Below are positions 22,141 through 32,675 of a stretch of 64,000 nt of DNA, in pieces. Location: positions 3,264,001 to 3,328,000 of the forward strand of contig OZ252149.1 in NCBI GenBank assembly GCA_965248755.1, read 5' to 3'. The DNA comes from Candidatus Latescibacterota bacterium (GTDB taxonomy: Bacteria > Latescibacterota > CBDEFO01). Made by a program: the position numbers and the translations under genes. Positions within the stretch are counted from its first letter, which is position 1, and each line of letters begins with the position of its first letter. The notes under the pieces were generated by a model. The model worked only from the letters and a program-made list of their open reading frames with translations, searched no databases and was not told where the DNA came from.

Positions 22141-24384
22141 ATGAAAGTTTCGACATTATTCGTAATTATTTTACTGATATTTGCCGGATTTAGTGAGGCA
22201 GCGGCAGAATTGGGCAAGGTGCGCGGCAGAGTCCTGGATTCAAAGACGGGCGAACCGGTAGTAGGCGCTGTAGTTCTTATAGAGGAATTGAGAACAGGCT
22301 CCTTTTCTGATAGTCTTGGCATATTCGTGATAGAAAAGATCCCACCAGGGGCTTATGTCGTCAGTGTTGAGATGATAGGCTTTAAGGATGTTGAAAAGGA
22401 AATAGAAGTGAGGGAAGATAGCGATAACTACTTTTCTTTTGAATTAGAGGAGGAGACGGTAGAGTTAGAGGAGGTCGTCGTAACTGCTGAGGCGAAGAGG
22501 TTGATCCCGGAGGAGAGGACACCTGCTTTTGTGACCGTGATAAGAAGAGAGGACTTTGAGGGAAAGCTCTCGTCTTTACCTGACCTTTTGTCCAAATCCT
22601 CAGGGGTTCAGGTGAACTCTTTAGGGGGATTGGGGAGCTTCAGCACTGTTTCGATAAGGGCCTCCTCGTCGGAGCAGGTGAATATCTATCTGGACGGCAT
22701 CTTATTGAACCAGGCCCTCGGCGGAGGTGTGGACATTGGGGGATTGCCACTTTCTAACATAGAGAGCATAGAGGTGTACAAGGGGACAGCTCCGATTGAG
22801 TTGGGAGGAAGCGGGATAGGAGGCGTTGTAAACATTAAGACCAGAGGCTCAAAAAGCAGCGTTCCAGGAGAGGTAAGTCTGTCATTTGGGTCGTTTAACA
22901 CCCAGAGCTTAAACTGGTTTATCTCCAAGACGAAAGGAAAGTGGAGCTATCTGATCTTTACGGACTACTCCGAAAGCGATAACAATTTTGAATTCAGGGA
23001 CGACAACGGAACACCGTATAATCCCAACGACGATGAAATTTCCCAGAGAGCCAATAACGACTTCAATTCCGTCAATATAATGGGGAAGGCTAAGTACGAC
23101 TTCGGGGACGGGATGTCCCTGAGTCTCGGCAACAATTTCTACAGAAAGTACAAAGGCATCCCGGGAATTAGCAACAATCAGTCCAAGGAGGTGACACTGA
23201 CAACCCTGAGGAACCTCTCGGAGTTTACGCTTAACATTCCGAACCGAATATGGAGCAGACTGATTTACAAGCAGAGGTTATTTTTCAGCTATAATGTAGA
23301 TGACTATACAGATCTTCTGGGCGAGGTAGGAATAGGAAGGCAGGACAGTCATAATGTTACCAAGACTTACGGGATTAAACCTGTCTTTAAGTTACTGCTC
23401 GGGGGACACCATATAGTGACTTTGGTGGGGACACTGTCGCGCGAGTCGTACACACCCCAGGAGAATATCATAAGACAGAGAGAGCTTTTTGAAAGTTCGC
23501 GCAACAGGGTTCTATTCGGGGTAGAGGACGAGGTATTCTTCGGGAGGTTGACGTTCCTCCCTTCTTTTCAGTACGATCGCTACGAAAGCAGAATATTCGA
23601 GGAGAGTCCTTTTCAGTTTTCACCCATAGCTCCGAAAGACTCTAAAGCGGAGAGCTTTAAAAACTATCGTCTGGGTATGAAGATTCAAGTGACAGATTGG
23701 TTCTTAGTCAAGGGTAACGTAGCGGATTATATGAGGGTCCCGAACTTTTTCGAGCTCTTTGGGGATAAGGGAGCTGTGGTAGGAAACACAGACCTGAAGG
23801 CTGAGGGGGGCCAGAACCGGGACGTGGGGTTTAGACTGCATAAGGACAGGGCTGTCTTCGCCGAAGGCTTAGTGTGGGAGGTGGTCTATTATAATAACGA
23901 GGTGGATAATCTGATCCAGTTTATTGAGAAGAGCGCTGCAGTATCCATACCGAAGAATATAGGCAAAGCCCGAATATGGGGCATAGAGATGAACACAAGT
24001 GCTGTCCTCTGGGGTTTCTTCCGTTTGGGGGGAAACTACACCTTTCAAGAGGCTGTGAACAGATCTCCTATTCCGCACTTGAAGGGCAAGATTCTGCCGA
24101 ACCGGCCCAAGACGGAGTTGAGTGCAAAAGTGGAGTTTCTCTTAGGGTGGGGGAGGATATACTACGAGCACAATTTCGAGGGGGATAATTTCCTGGACCA
24201 GGCTAATTTAAGACCTGTAATAAAGGCGAGGACAGTTGTGAACCTGGGCATAAGTATCAGGCTTTTTGGACATCTGAAAAGCACTTTTGAGGTGAAGAAC
24301 ATAAGCGACAATCAGATAGCCGATATTGTGGGCTACCCACTCCCGGGCAGGTCGTATTTCATCACGCTGAACGGCTATTTTTAG
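22141..24384 (+). CDS. btuB: TonB-dependent cobalamin receptor (BtuB-like) with N-terminal carboxypeptidase-regulatory-like domain
   Basis: LEEVVVTA TonB box, plug IESIEVYKG..GGVVNIKT, terminal F; riboswitch upstream; start moved to ATG 22141. Confidence 0.8.
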   Translation: MKVSTLFVIILLIFAGFSEAAAELGKVRGRVLDSKTGEPVVGAVVLIEELRTGSFSDSLGIFVIEKIPPGAYVVSVEMIGFKDVEKEIEVREDSDNYFSFELEEETVELEEVVVTAEAKRLIPEERTPAFVTVIRREDFEGKLSSLPDLLSKSSGVQVNSLGGLGSFSTVSIRASSSEQVNIYLDGILLNQALGGGVDIGGLPLSNIESIEVYKGTAPIELGGSGIGGVVNIKTRGSKSSVPGEVSLSFGSFNTQSLNWFISKTKGKWSYLIFTDYSESDNNFEFRDDNGTPYNPNDDEISQRANNDFNSVNIMGKAKYDFGDGMSLSLGNNFYRKYKGIPGISNNQSKEVTLTTLRNLSEFTLNIPNRIWSRLIYKQRLFFSYNVDDYTDLLGEVGIGRQDSHNVTKTYGIKPVFKLLLGGHHIVTLVGTLSRESYTPQENIIRQRELFESSRNRVLFGVEDEVFFGRLTFLPSFQYDRYESRIFEESPFQFSPIAPKDSKAESFKNYRLGMKIQVTDWFLVKGNVADYMRVPNFFELFGDKGAVVGNTDLKAEGGQNRDVGFRLHKDRAVFAEGLVWEVVYYNNEVDNLIQFIEKSAAVSIPKNIGKARIWGIEMNTSAVLWGFFRLGGNYTFQEAVNRSPIPHLKGKILPNRPKTELSAKVEFLLGWGRIYYEHNFEGDNFLDQANLRPVIKARTVVNLGISIRLFGHLKSTFEVKNISDNQIADIVGYPLPGRSYFITLNGYF

Positions 24385-24443
24385 ATCCGAGGAGGTGATA
24401 TAATCTTAGCAGAACGAACAGGCCGTCAAAGACAGCAGACAGA

Positions 24444-24553
24444 TGAGATTGCTTCGTCAGATGGGAATGTCTGTCCTGAAGGCAAAAAAAAGGCTTCGCA
24501 ACGTTATTACGCGCCCTCTACGACCGTCATTGCGAGCGATAGCGAAGCAATCT
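24444..24553. repeat. Intergenic REP cluster (families A/B)
   Basis: GAGATTGCTTCG, GGAATGTCTGTCC, GTCATTGCGAGCGATAGCGAAGCAATCTC. Confidence 0.65.
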
Positions 24554-24621
24554 CTCGTAGACAGTAAATAGTCACAAAAGTAACTTAACACAGATGGAAA
24601 TTTTACAGGGAGGGAATATAT

Positions 24622-26034
24622 ATGTCGTACGATAGGCGTTTCTATTTAGAGGTGGTTCTGGTGGTTCTCCTTATAGCCTTCGTAATTTCAGATGTGTTAG
24701 CCCAAAGAACGGCAATTGTAACCACGACGGACTTCGCAACGGGGAGCCTTGCCACTATCTCTCCGGAGGGAGAGGTTTCGGCGAATATACTACTTATAAA
24801 CAGCGATGCGACTGTGGTCTTTTACGGTGGATTGGTCTATGTGATCAACAGGTTCGGAGCGGATAACATCCTGGTCTTGGATCCTGAGGACCTGTCGAAT
24901 CCGAAGGTTCAGTACTCAGTGGGGAACGGGACTAACCCCCAGGACATAGAGTTTGCAAGCCCGGATAAGGCGTATGTGTCCAGGTTGAACTCGGCGGAGC
25001 TGTTGATAATAGATCCGAAAGACGGCGACCAATTAGGGCAGATAGACCTTTCGGACTTCGCCGACGCAGACGGGATACCTGAGATGGCTCAGATGGCGAT
25101 GGTGGGCGATAAGATCTTTGTGACCTGCCAGAGGCTTGAGAACTTTGCTCCGACGGACAAGAGTGTAGTGGTGGTGATAGATACAAAGACAGATACTATA
25201 GTAGATGTAGATCCTCAAAAAGACGGCGTGCAGGCGATAGATTTGGCTCTAAAACAACCGTTCAGCCTGGATCTTTTCAGAGGAAAGATATATTTGGCCT
25301 CTCCAAGCGCCTTCTTCGATAAGGAAGGCGGCATCGAAGTGGTCGATCCGTCCTCTTTAAGTACTCAAGGGGTAATAGTCTCTGAGGAGTCTTTAGGAGG
25401 GGATATTACGGACATAGCTATGCTATCGGAAGAAAAAGGCTATGCTGTGGTATCGGATGAGTCTTTCAACAACTTTGTAAAGCCATTTAATCCAGAGACA
25501 GGGGAAGTATCAAAGGCTCTGGAGGGGCATTCGGGGGGATCTACGCCGAGTATAGCGATAGACAATGGTCTTTTGTATGTGTCGGACAGGAGCATAACTA
25601 ATCCGGGGATATTGATCTACGATACAGTTTCAGATGTCAAAATAGCAGGTCCTATCGACACCGGGCTTCCGCCTTTCTTCATAGCGTTTATAGGGGATGA
25701 GGATACAGGGACTGCTGTGGTTGAATTTGCGGGAGTTGACTCTACTCCGGGGAAATTTTCCCTTGGACAGAACTATCCGAATCCCTTCAATCCTTCGACC
25801 GCCATTCCTTATTCCATCGCCGGCGATAAAGTTTTAAGAGTTAACCTGGATGTCTACAACTCACTGGGACAGCGGGTGGCGTCCCTTTTGAACGCGATGC
25901 AAAGGCCAGGCACTTATCTGGCTGCCTGGGACGGGACAGATAGTCTGGGGAATACTGTCTCCAGCGGGATATATCTGGCGACGTTGAAGGCTGGGAACTT
26001 TGGCCGGACCATAAAGCTCACAGTCTCAAGGTGA
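24622..26034 (+). CDS. YncE/BtuG-like beta-propeller with FlgD/T9SS-like C-terminal domain
   Basis: VYVINR, NPQDI..KAYVSR blade repeats; QNYPNPFNP tail; lies in the B12 operon. Confidence 0.7.
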   Translation: MSYDRRFYLEVVLVVLLIAFVISDVLAQRTAIVTTTDFATGSLATISPEGEVSANILLINSDATVVFYGGLVYVINRFGADNILVLDPEDLSNPKVQYSVGNGTNPQDIEFASPDKAYVSRLNSAELLIIDPKDGDQLGQIDLSDFADADGIPEMAQMAMVGDKIFVTCQRLENFAPTDKSVVVVIDTKTDTIVDVDPQKDGVQAIDLALKQPFSLDLFRGKIYLASPSAFFDKEGGIEVVDPSSLSTQGVIVSEESLGGDITDIAMLSEEKGYAVVSDESFNNFVKPFNPETGEVSKALEGHSGGSTPSIAIDNGLLYVSDRSITNPGILIYDTVSDVKIAGPIDTGLPPFFIAFIGDEDTGTAVVEFAGVDSTPGKFSLGQNYPNPFNPSTAIPYSIAGDKVLRVNLDVYNSLGQRVASLLNAMQRPGTYLAAWDGTDSLGNTVSSGIYLATLKAGNFGRTIKLTVSR

Positions 26035-26380
26035 AAGGCAACCTAAATAGGCTATGCCCCTCGGTCTTATGCTGCACATGCAACTTATCGTACCTCTGGA
26101 AGTCTAAATATCTCTGGTAATCTTCATACTCCTCCCCTTGAGAAAGCAACAGATATTTTGCAAATTGGGGTATGAGGCTTGTCCCCGAGTGACGCTATCG
26201 GGGAAAGGAGGTTAAAGATATGTCAAGCCCCAAAGCAAACGACACTACGCGTTAGACACCGAGTCGTAAGGCAGAGGTGGTGTTGGCTCTTTTGAGAAGC
26301 CGGTATTAGTGAAAAGATGATTAACGATTAGGTGAGACGTTAACTTATTCTACAAAAATAAGATAAGAGACAAAACTACG

Positions 26381-27322
26381 ATGAACATTAGGAGGATAGG
26401 ACACATTTTCATATCTATAATATGCCTGTTGATTTCGGTACATTGTGTGCATGCCGAGGCGTTGAAGTTTGTCGATGCCTTGGGTGTTGAGGTGGAATTC
26501 GAGCATGCGCCGAAAAGGATTGTATCCATGTCCCCTGAGAATACTGAGATTTTGTTTGCTCTGGGACTCGGTGACAGAGTGGTAGGAGTTACTAATTATT
26601 CCGATTATCCTCCCCAAGCGGCAAAAAAGGATACGATAGGGGGATTCAAGACTCCAAATCTGGAGAAGATAGTGTCTTTAGAGCCAGATCTCGTCTTTGC
26701 AACGAGGGGTAATCCCATCCCTGTTCTGGAGCGTCTGCGAGAATTTAACATAAACGTGTTTGCAGTGGATCCCAGGTCTATCGGTGATATGCTATCGGTG
26801 CTGGAGACGATGGGAAAAATAGCGAAGGTCGAAAGCAGGGCCGATTCTCTGGTTTCGGTTTTGAAGATGAGGGTAAATAGGATCACCAAGGACTTAGAGG
26901 GGATAAGTGGTCATCAAAAGCAGAAAGTGCTGTGGAATGTGAGCGCTTTTGACACGTCGATATATACTGCAGGTCCCGGGACTATTATGGATGATCTGAT
27001 AACTTTATCCGGTGGAATAAACATGGCGGGAGTGGCCAGGATGGCATGGCCTAATTTTGGCCTTGAGAGGATACTTGCAAGTGATCCCGATGTGATCTTC
27101 ACAGGATATTTAGGGGGAAATACAGATCAGAGCATCGAAAAGAGAGTGGAGGAGATACGGGAAGCATTAAGAAGAATAGAAGGATGGAAGGCCGTATCGG
27201 CTGTGAAAGCAGGGAGGGTGTATTACATAGATATTTCGATTGCTGGGCGGGCAGGTCCGAGGTTGGTGGATGCGCTGGAGATTATGGTAGGATATATGCA
27301 CCCTCAGTTATTTGAGAGATAG
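26381..27322 (+). CDS. btuF: Periplasmic cobalamin-binding protein
   Basis: PKRIVSMSPENTEILFALG, NLEKIVSLEPDLV, GPRLVDALE. Confidence 0.85.
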   Translation: MNIRRIGHIFISIICLLISVHCVHAEALKFVDALGVEVEFEHAPKRIVSMSPENTEILFALGLGDRVVGVTNYSDYPPQAAKKDTIGGFKTPNLEKIVSLEPDLVFATRGNPIPVLERLREFNINVFAVDPRSIGDMLSVLETMGKIAKVESRADSLVSVLKMRVNRITKDLEGISGHQKQKVLWNVSAFDTSIYTAGPGTIMDDLITLSGGINMAGVARMAWPNFGLERILASDPDVIFTGYLGGNTDQSIEKRVEEIREALRRIEGWKAVSAVKAGRVYYIDISIAGRAGPRLVDALEIMVGYMHPQLFER

Positions 27323-27402
27323 GGGTTATTTAGCGTTCCTACCCAGATACAGTTCGGAGGTGATAGATAGAAGGGTCTATTTTCCCGGCAGTTACTTATG
27401 AA

Positions 27403-29028
27403 CCCCCATTCGCCATATTAGACCCGAAAAATGGTTGTCAAAGTCGCCAGAACATGTTATATTACAATAAATAAGACTCATAAATGGCGGATAAATATTG
27501 ATCATCCAGAGGGTGAAAGAATGAAAGTAGGTTTTGATGGAGGAATAAAGCTTGAATTTCATGGTGCAAAGGTGACATCAAACGGTGGACTTCTTGCGTA
27601 TCGTGACCTTGATTACGCACTGGGATTATTTGATTCGGTATCAGCGGTTTTTACCGATAAACGCACAGGCCGTAATATCCAACATGATATATCTACTCTC
27701 CTGCGTCAATCGATATACAGCCGTCTTGCAGGATATGAAGATGTAAATGACGCCGAGCGATTATCCGTTGATCCCGTCATGCGAGCGATTACCGGAAAGA
27801 AGGACAAAGGCAGGCAAGCTGCCAGCTCCAACACGATAGGACGTTTTGAAACTGATATACTGACTCAGCATGACAATCTCAGAAACTTGTCAGATATCAA
27901 TGGCAAGTGGGTTCAAAAAGCGATGAGTAAAACACAGCATCAACGAATCATTCTGGACATGGACAGTTCGGAGAGTCCGGTACATGGCCAGCAGGAAGGA
28001 TCAGCTTACAACGGTCATTTCGGATGTACCTGTTTTCATCCAGTGTTCTGCTTCAATCAGTTCGGGGATTGTGAAGGAGTCCTACTTCGCTCTGGTAATG
28101 TTCACAGTGCTGATCGTTGGAAGGAAGTTCTGGAACCGATCGTCAAGAGATACGAGAGCAAGAAGAATAGGAAATACTTTCGAGGCGATGCTGCATTCGC
28201 AAAGCCTGAGATTTATGATTATCTGGAGGGAAACGGCTATTTGTATGCCATTCGGCTTCCCGCAAATGAGATACTCTATGAAAAGATACGATACCTGCTG
28301 ACTCGGCCAGTTGGACGACCGCCGAGGAAACCGATTGTATCGTTATATGAATTTCAATATAAAGCGGCCAGTTGGGATCAATCGAGGCGAGTGGTCGCCA
28401 AGGTTGAATGGCACCAAGGGGAGTTATTCCCAAGAGTGGGATTTATCGTGACCAACATGAGCGCCAAGCCAGAAGGCGTGGTACACTTCTACAATGGCCG
28501 TGGCAGAGCTGAGCAGTGGATTAAGGAGGGCAAGTATGCTCTGAACTGGACCCGACTCTCATGCAAGCGTTTCGTCTCCAATCAGGTGAGGCTCTGGCTG
28601 TTTGTTCTGGCTTACAACTTGGGCAACTTCCTGCGACGTTTTGTTCTTCCGAAGAAAATCAAACACTGGTCACTACGCAGCCTCCTCGTGAAATTTATCA
28701 AAATCGGAGCGAAGATTGTCAGACACAGCGGATATATTACGTTTCAAATGGCTGAGGTTGGGATAGACAAGAGGTTATTTGCCGAAATATTATCCCGGAT
28801 TGAACGATTGCGATGTTATTCTGTTTAAACTGCCACATTTTTTTGTGAGTCGATGGAGAGGTGTCTCTAATTGGAGGATTTAAACACAAAGAAAGTGATA
28901 ATTCAGAGGAAAATACTATTTTAATTGAAAAAAGTACTTGTTGAAAAATGTAAAAGTGGTAATATTAATTCAGAAACAAGAATGTATCGAAATATAATCC
29001 CTCATGAATGTGATATGGGGAATGTCGG
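27403..29028 (+). mobile_element. IS1380-family insertion sequence, 1626 bp
   Basis: TIRs CCCCCATTCGCCATAT / ATATGGGGAATGTCGG (13/16 match); 5-bp target duplication ATGAA at 27398-27402 and 29029-29033. Confidence 0.9.
27431..28828 (+). CDS. IS1380-family DDE transposase (true start may be nearer 27500-27521)
   Basis: GYEDVND, LDMDSSES, RGDAAF, YNGRGRAEQWIKEGK, LAYNLGN. Confidence 0.95.
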   Translation: MVVKVARTCYITINKTHKWRINIDHPEGERMKVGFDGGIKLEFHGAKVTSNGGLLAYRDLDYALGLFDSVSAVFTDKRTGRNIQHDISTLLRQSIYSRLAGYEDVNDAERLSVDPVMRAITGKKDKGRQAASSNTIGRFETDILTQHDNLRNLSDINGKWVQKAMSKTQHQRIILDMDSSESPVHGQQEGSAYNGHFGCTCFHPVFCFNQFGDCEGVLLRSGNVHSADRWKEVLEPIVKRYESKKNRKYFRGDAAFAKPEIYDYLEGNGYLYAIRLPANEILYEKIRYLLTRPVGRPPRKPIVSLYEFQYKAASWDQSRRVVAKVEWHQGELFPRVGFIVTNMSAKPEGVVHFYNGRGRAEQWIKEGKYALNWTRLSCKRFVSNQVRLWLFVLAYNLGNFLRRFVLPKKIKHWSLRSLLVKFIKIGAKIVRHSGYITFQMAEVGIDKRLFAEILSRIERLRCYSV

Positions 29029-29124
29029 ATGAATGTATTTTAGCCCAAATAATTCACACAAAAAGGACGTGTATTAATTAAGGGATTGTATTATATTATA
29101 GTTATGCTGTTTAAGGCCTTCGGT

Positions 29125-29264
29125 GTCATTGCGAGCCGAAGGCGAAGAAATCTCGATTCTGTGGTAGATGTAATACTCTCCGGCTCTCATAGGAGACCAC
29201 TATAAAACCTTGAGATTGCTTCCCCGGTAGACTCAATCGGGGACCGCTTTGCTCCTCGCAATGA
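29125..29264. repeat. REP family B doublet with nested family C palindrome
   Basis: GTCATTGCGAGCCGAAGGCGAAG ... GAGATTGCTT[CCCCGGTAGACTCAATCGGGG]..CTCGCAATGAC. Confidence 0.7.
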
Positions 29265-29344
29265 CTCCACCAAGCTTATGAATTAATCGGGTTAGTAGTA
29301 GTCTAACGCAGGTTTTTTAAGTTAAGAAAACCCAAAGGAGACAT

Positions 29345-30316
29345 ATGATGAGTTACTTGGAGACGACGAGGGAACTCTACAAAGATGCGGCGTTAGAACC
29401 ACAACCGGGGCTTTGCTGTTCGACCGGCTCTGGCTATGAGCTTCCGGGGCTTTCTATTCCCAAAGAGATGATTGAGATGAACTACGGGTGCGGGACGACT
29501 GTGCATATTCAGGACTTGAGTTCTGATATGGATATTCTCTATGTCGGTGTCGGGGGAGGAATGGAAGCGCTACAGTTTGCGTATTTTACGAGGCGTCCGG
29601 GATCGGTCATAGCGGTAGACAGTGTGCCTGAGATGTTGGAGGTAGCGGAGCGGAACCTCCACATAGCCGCCCTCGAAAACGATTGGTTCGATCCATCGTT
29701 TGTGACTCTGATGGAGGGGGACGCTCTGAGTCTGCCCCTACCGGACAGATCTGTGGACATAGCTGCGCAAAACTGTTTATTTAATATATTTACCGAAAGC
29801 GACCTGATGACAGCTCTGGTGGAGATAAGGCGCGCCTTGAAGATGGGCGGAAAGCTCATTATATCCGATCCTGTGTCGCAAAAGCCGATACCTGATCACC
29901 TTAAGATGGATGAGCGATTAAGGGCTATGTGTCTTTCGGGTGCCCTGTTGTTCGATGAGTATATTGAGCGCATTGTCCAGACTGGATTCGGGACGCTGGA
30001 GATAAGAGGGAGGCGTCCTTACAGAATGTTGGACAGTCGCAGATACGATCTGGACGAGGATATTCTCTTGGAGACAGTGGAGTTGGCGGCGTACAACGAT
30101 CCCATACCGCCAGACGGAGCGTGTGTATTTACGGGGAGGACCGTGATATATACAGGGGATGATGAGTGCTTTGACGACGGCAAGGGTCACATAGTGATGA
30201 GAGATATTCCCTTCCAGGTATGTGACAAGACGGCAAGGTGGTTTGAAACCTTGGATAAACAGGAGATTAATGTGACAGGTTCTACATATCACTATCCAGG
30301 TGGAGGGTGCTGTTAA
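29345..30316 (+). CDS. arsM: Arsenite methyltransferase, arsenosugar-associated ArsM type
   Basis: GLCC, MNYGCG, SAM motif YVGVGGGME, AQNCLFN, C-terminal GGGCC. Confidence 0.8.
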   Translation: MMSYLETTRELYKDAALEPQPGLCCSTGSGYELPGLSIPKEMIEMNYGCGTTVHIQDLSSDMDILYVGVGGGMEALQFAYFTRRPGSVIAVDSVPEMLEVAERNLHIAALENDWFDPSFVTLMEGDALSLPLPDRSVDIAAQNCLFNIFTESDLMTALVEIRRALKMGGKLIISDPVSQKPIPDHLKMDERLRAMCLSGALLFDEYIERIVQTGFGTLEIRGRRPYRMLDSRRYDLDEDILLETVELAAYNDPIPPDGACVFTGRTVIYTGDDECFDDGKGHIVMRDIPFQVCDKTARWFETLDKQEINVTGSTYHYPGGGCC

Positions 30317-30379
30317 GCTGCCAGGAATCTCCAGGAACCTAATGTAGGTTCAAGCTTCCACCTTTCGACCAAAAATCTC

Positions 30380-30468
30380 CAGATATGGCTTTCGATCTTT
30401 CCGTGGCTAATGCAAGTGTAGATGCTCGGCCAATTCCTCAGCTTCCGCCCGTCACCAGAGCGACTTGG
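30380..30468 (-). pseudogene. SDR oxidoreductase N-terminal remnant
   Basis: Reads QVALVTGGS*GIGRASTLALA (Rossmann motif with internal stop). Confidence 0.6.
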
Positions 30469-30684
30469 TATTACAAGTATAGGGTCAAAATGGTCTGGAC
30501 AAGATCAGAGAGTTCAATAATACTATCCTGCATACAGAGGGTGAGAGGCGCCTCCGTCTCCTTCCTTAACTGTCCTGACATCTGGATTCCCTCTTGCCTG
30601 GTGTCTGTTCTGACTCAGACTAATGGCAACGAGAAAGATCAACGGCAAGCGCGAAGCTGATTGTCAGGTTGACCCCCGATAGAT

Positions 30685-32664
30685 TCAATCGGGGAACGGC
30701 AAGCTCAGCGCGATAAGTTCTGCTGGCTGAGAGGCTCCTCCTAGCGGAATGACGATGAACTGCCTGCCATCCGCCATATAGGTGATCGGAGCCCCTGACG
30801 CATTCCCAGGAAGCGCCGTTTTGGCGATCGGGGTTCCGTCTTCAGGGTCAAACGCCCACAGGAAAGCCTCTCTGTTTTCGAATTCAACTTCAATCGCGTT
30901 CCCTCGAGGTGAATTGCCTCGTACGCTCCATTCTGCCTGCAGGGCGGCGAAGAGCAGCGATTTCGTCAGAAGAGGAAAACTGCGATACGCCCTTCCAAGC
31001 GGCGGGAGGTTCAGGTGTTGCAGTGCGGGATGATCTTTTGGCCCATCGCCGACCGGACGTACCCAAAGATGCTCACCCGTATTCAAATCTATGGCTGTAA
31101 TACGCCCGTACGGGGGTTTAATTAGGGGAAGTCCCTGCGGGCCTTCCGGTCCGAATTCTACAGTTCCAGTATAGGAATAGTCAGAGGCCGAGTCTTCTGA
31201 TTTGCTCAGGGTCACAATTGCCGGATATGTATAGGATGGAATATAGATAATACCCCTTTCGGGATCGACGGCTGCTCCGGCCCAGCTGGACCCGCCTATT
31301 ATGCCGGGCAGGGCTATCGTACCCTTTTCCGAGGGAGGCGTAAAGAGAGGCCCATACTCGTACCTTTCAATGATATTGATAGCCCGCTGACGTAATTCAG
31401 GAGTGAAGTCGATCAGGTCGTCGTGGGTCAACCCCTGCCGTTCGAAGGGCAACGGCCTGGTTGGAAAGGGTTGGGTGGGCGATGTTTGCTCCCCGGGTAC
31501 GTCCGATTGCGGCACCGGGCGCTCCTCAATGGGCCAGACGGGTTCTCCTGTAACGCGGTCGAACACGTAACAGAACCCCTGTTTGGTCACCTGGGCAACC
31601 GCCTTGATTCTTTCGCCATCAACTGTGATGTCGATTAGATTCGGGGCAGCCGGAAGATCGTAATCCCAGATTCCGTGATGTAGTATCTGGAAGTGCCAGA
31701 CCCTCTCGCCGGTTTCCGCATTCAGGCATACCAGGCTTTCGGCAAAGAGGTTATCTCCATGACGATTCCCGCCATAAAAGTCATTGGTAGGAGTACTGAA
31801 GGGCAGATATACGTAACCCAACTCCTCGTCAGAGCTCATCATCGTCCATACATTCGTATTGCCCGTAGTTTTCCAGGATCCATTCTCCCACGTTTCGTTT
31901 CCAAACTCTCCCTCTTGGGGGATAGACTGGAATAGCCAGCGCTTCTGGCCGGTGCGCGCATCAAATCCTCTCACATCGCCCGGCGGCATCACCTTTTGCG
32001 GCATTTTCCCGACTGCAAAGGCATCCAGCACGGTAGAACCGACGACGACCACATCGCGACAGATAGCAGGCGGTGAAGTGACAGCGTAGAGCGCCCTTTC
32101 GACCGGCCGGCGCAAACCCTGGGTCAGATCGATTCTGCCATCCTCACCAAATTCTGGTATTGGCTTCCCCGTCTTTGCGTTGAGGGCGATCAAATACGCA
32201 TCACCCGTGCCGTAGATGATTCGCTGATCATCACCATCCTCCCAGTAGGAGACCCCGCGATGCACGAAACCCACGTTGGCTGGGGATCCGTCCACGTAGG
32301 TTTGCGGATCATAAACCCAGATCGTCCGCCCTGTAACAGCGTCAATGGCGGCTACCAGACCTAGCGAGGTGCTCGTGTAAATGACCCCATCGATCATAAG
32401 CGGGGTCGCTTCGTTTACCATAGTCCATAGTTCAGGGTTGGCTCGGAGGATTTCATTGTCAACGGAGCTCCAACGCCACGCAATGCGGAGATTCACCGCA
32501 CTGTCCACCTTGATTTGATCGAGCGGGATGTATTTGGAACTGGCTTTGTCCGAACCGTACGACCTCCATTCTCCAATCTCGTCGGCCTTCACTGCAGAGA
32601 CAATCATACCCACCATGCAAAGAGTCGAGATCATATACGACAGAAAATTCCATGCCTTAGTCAT
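30685..32664 (-). CDS. PQQ-dependent glucose/quinate-type dehydrogenase (Gcd-like, signal peptide, no TM anchor)
   Basis: EATPL, HRGVSYW, WHFQ..HHGIWDYD, KPPYGRITAIDL, PITY. Confidence 0.9.
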   Translation of the reverse strand: MTKAWNFLSYMISTLCMVGMIVSAVKADEIGEWRSYGSDKASSKYIPLDQIKVDSAVNLRIAWRWSSVDNEILRANPELWTMVNEATPLMIDGVIYTSTSLGLVAAIDAVTGRTIWVYDPQTYVDGSPANVGFVHRGVSYWEDGDDQRIIYGTGDAYLIALNAKTGKPIPEFGEDGRIDLTQGLRRPVERALYAVTSPPAICRDVVVVGSTVLDAFAVGKMPQKVMPPGDVRGFDARTGQKRWLFQSIPQEGEFGNETWENGSWKTTGNTNVWTMMSSDEELGYVYLPFSTPTNDFYGGNRHGDNLFAESLVCLNAETGERVWHFQILHHGIWDYDLPAAPNLIDITVDGERIKAVAQVTKQGFCYVFDRVTGEPVWPIEERPVPQSDVPGEQTSPTQPFPTRPLPFERQGLTHDDLIDFTPELRQRAINIIERYEYGPLFTPPSEKGTIALPGIIGGSSWAGAAVDPERGIIYIPSYTYPAIVTLSKSEDSASDYSYTGTVEFGPEGPQGLPLIKPPYGRITAIDLNTGEHLWVRPVGDGPKDHPALQHLNLPPLGRAYRSFPLLTKSLLFAALQAEWSVRGNSPRGNAIEVEFENREAFLWAFDPEDGTPIAKTALPGNASGAPITYMADGRQFIVIPLGGASQPAELIALSLPFPD

Positions 32665-32675
32665 GATGGTCCCCC

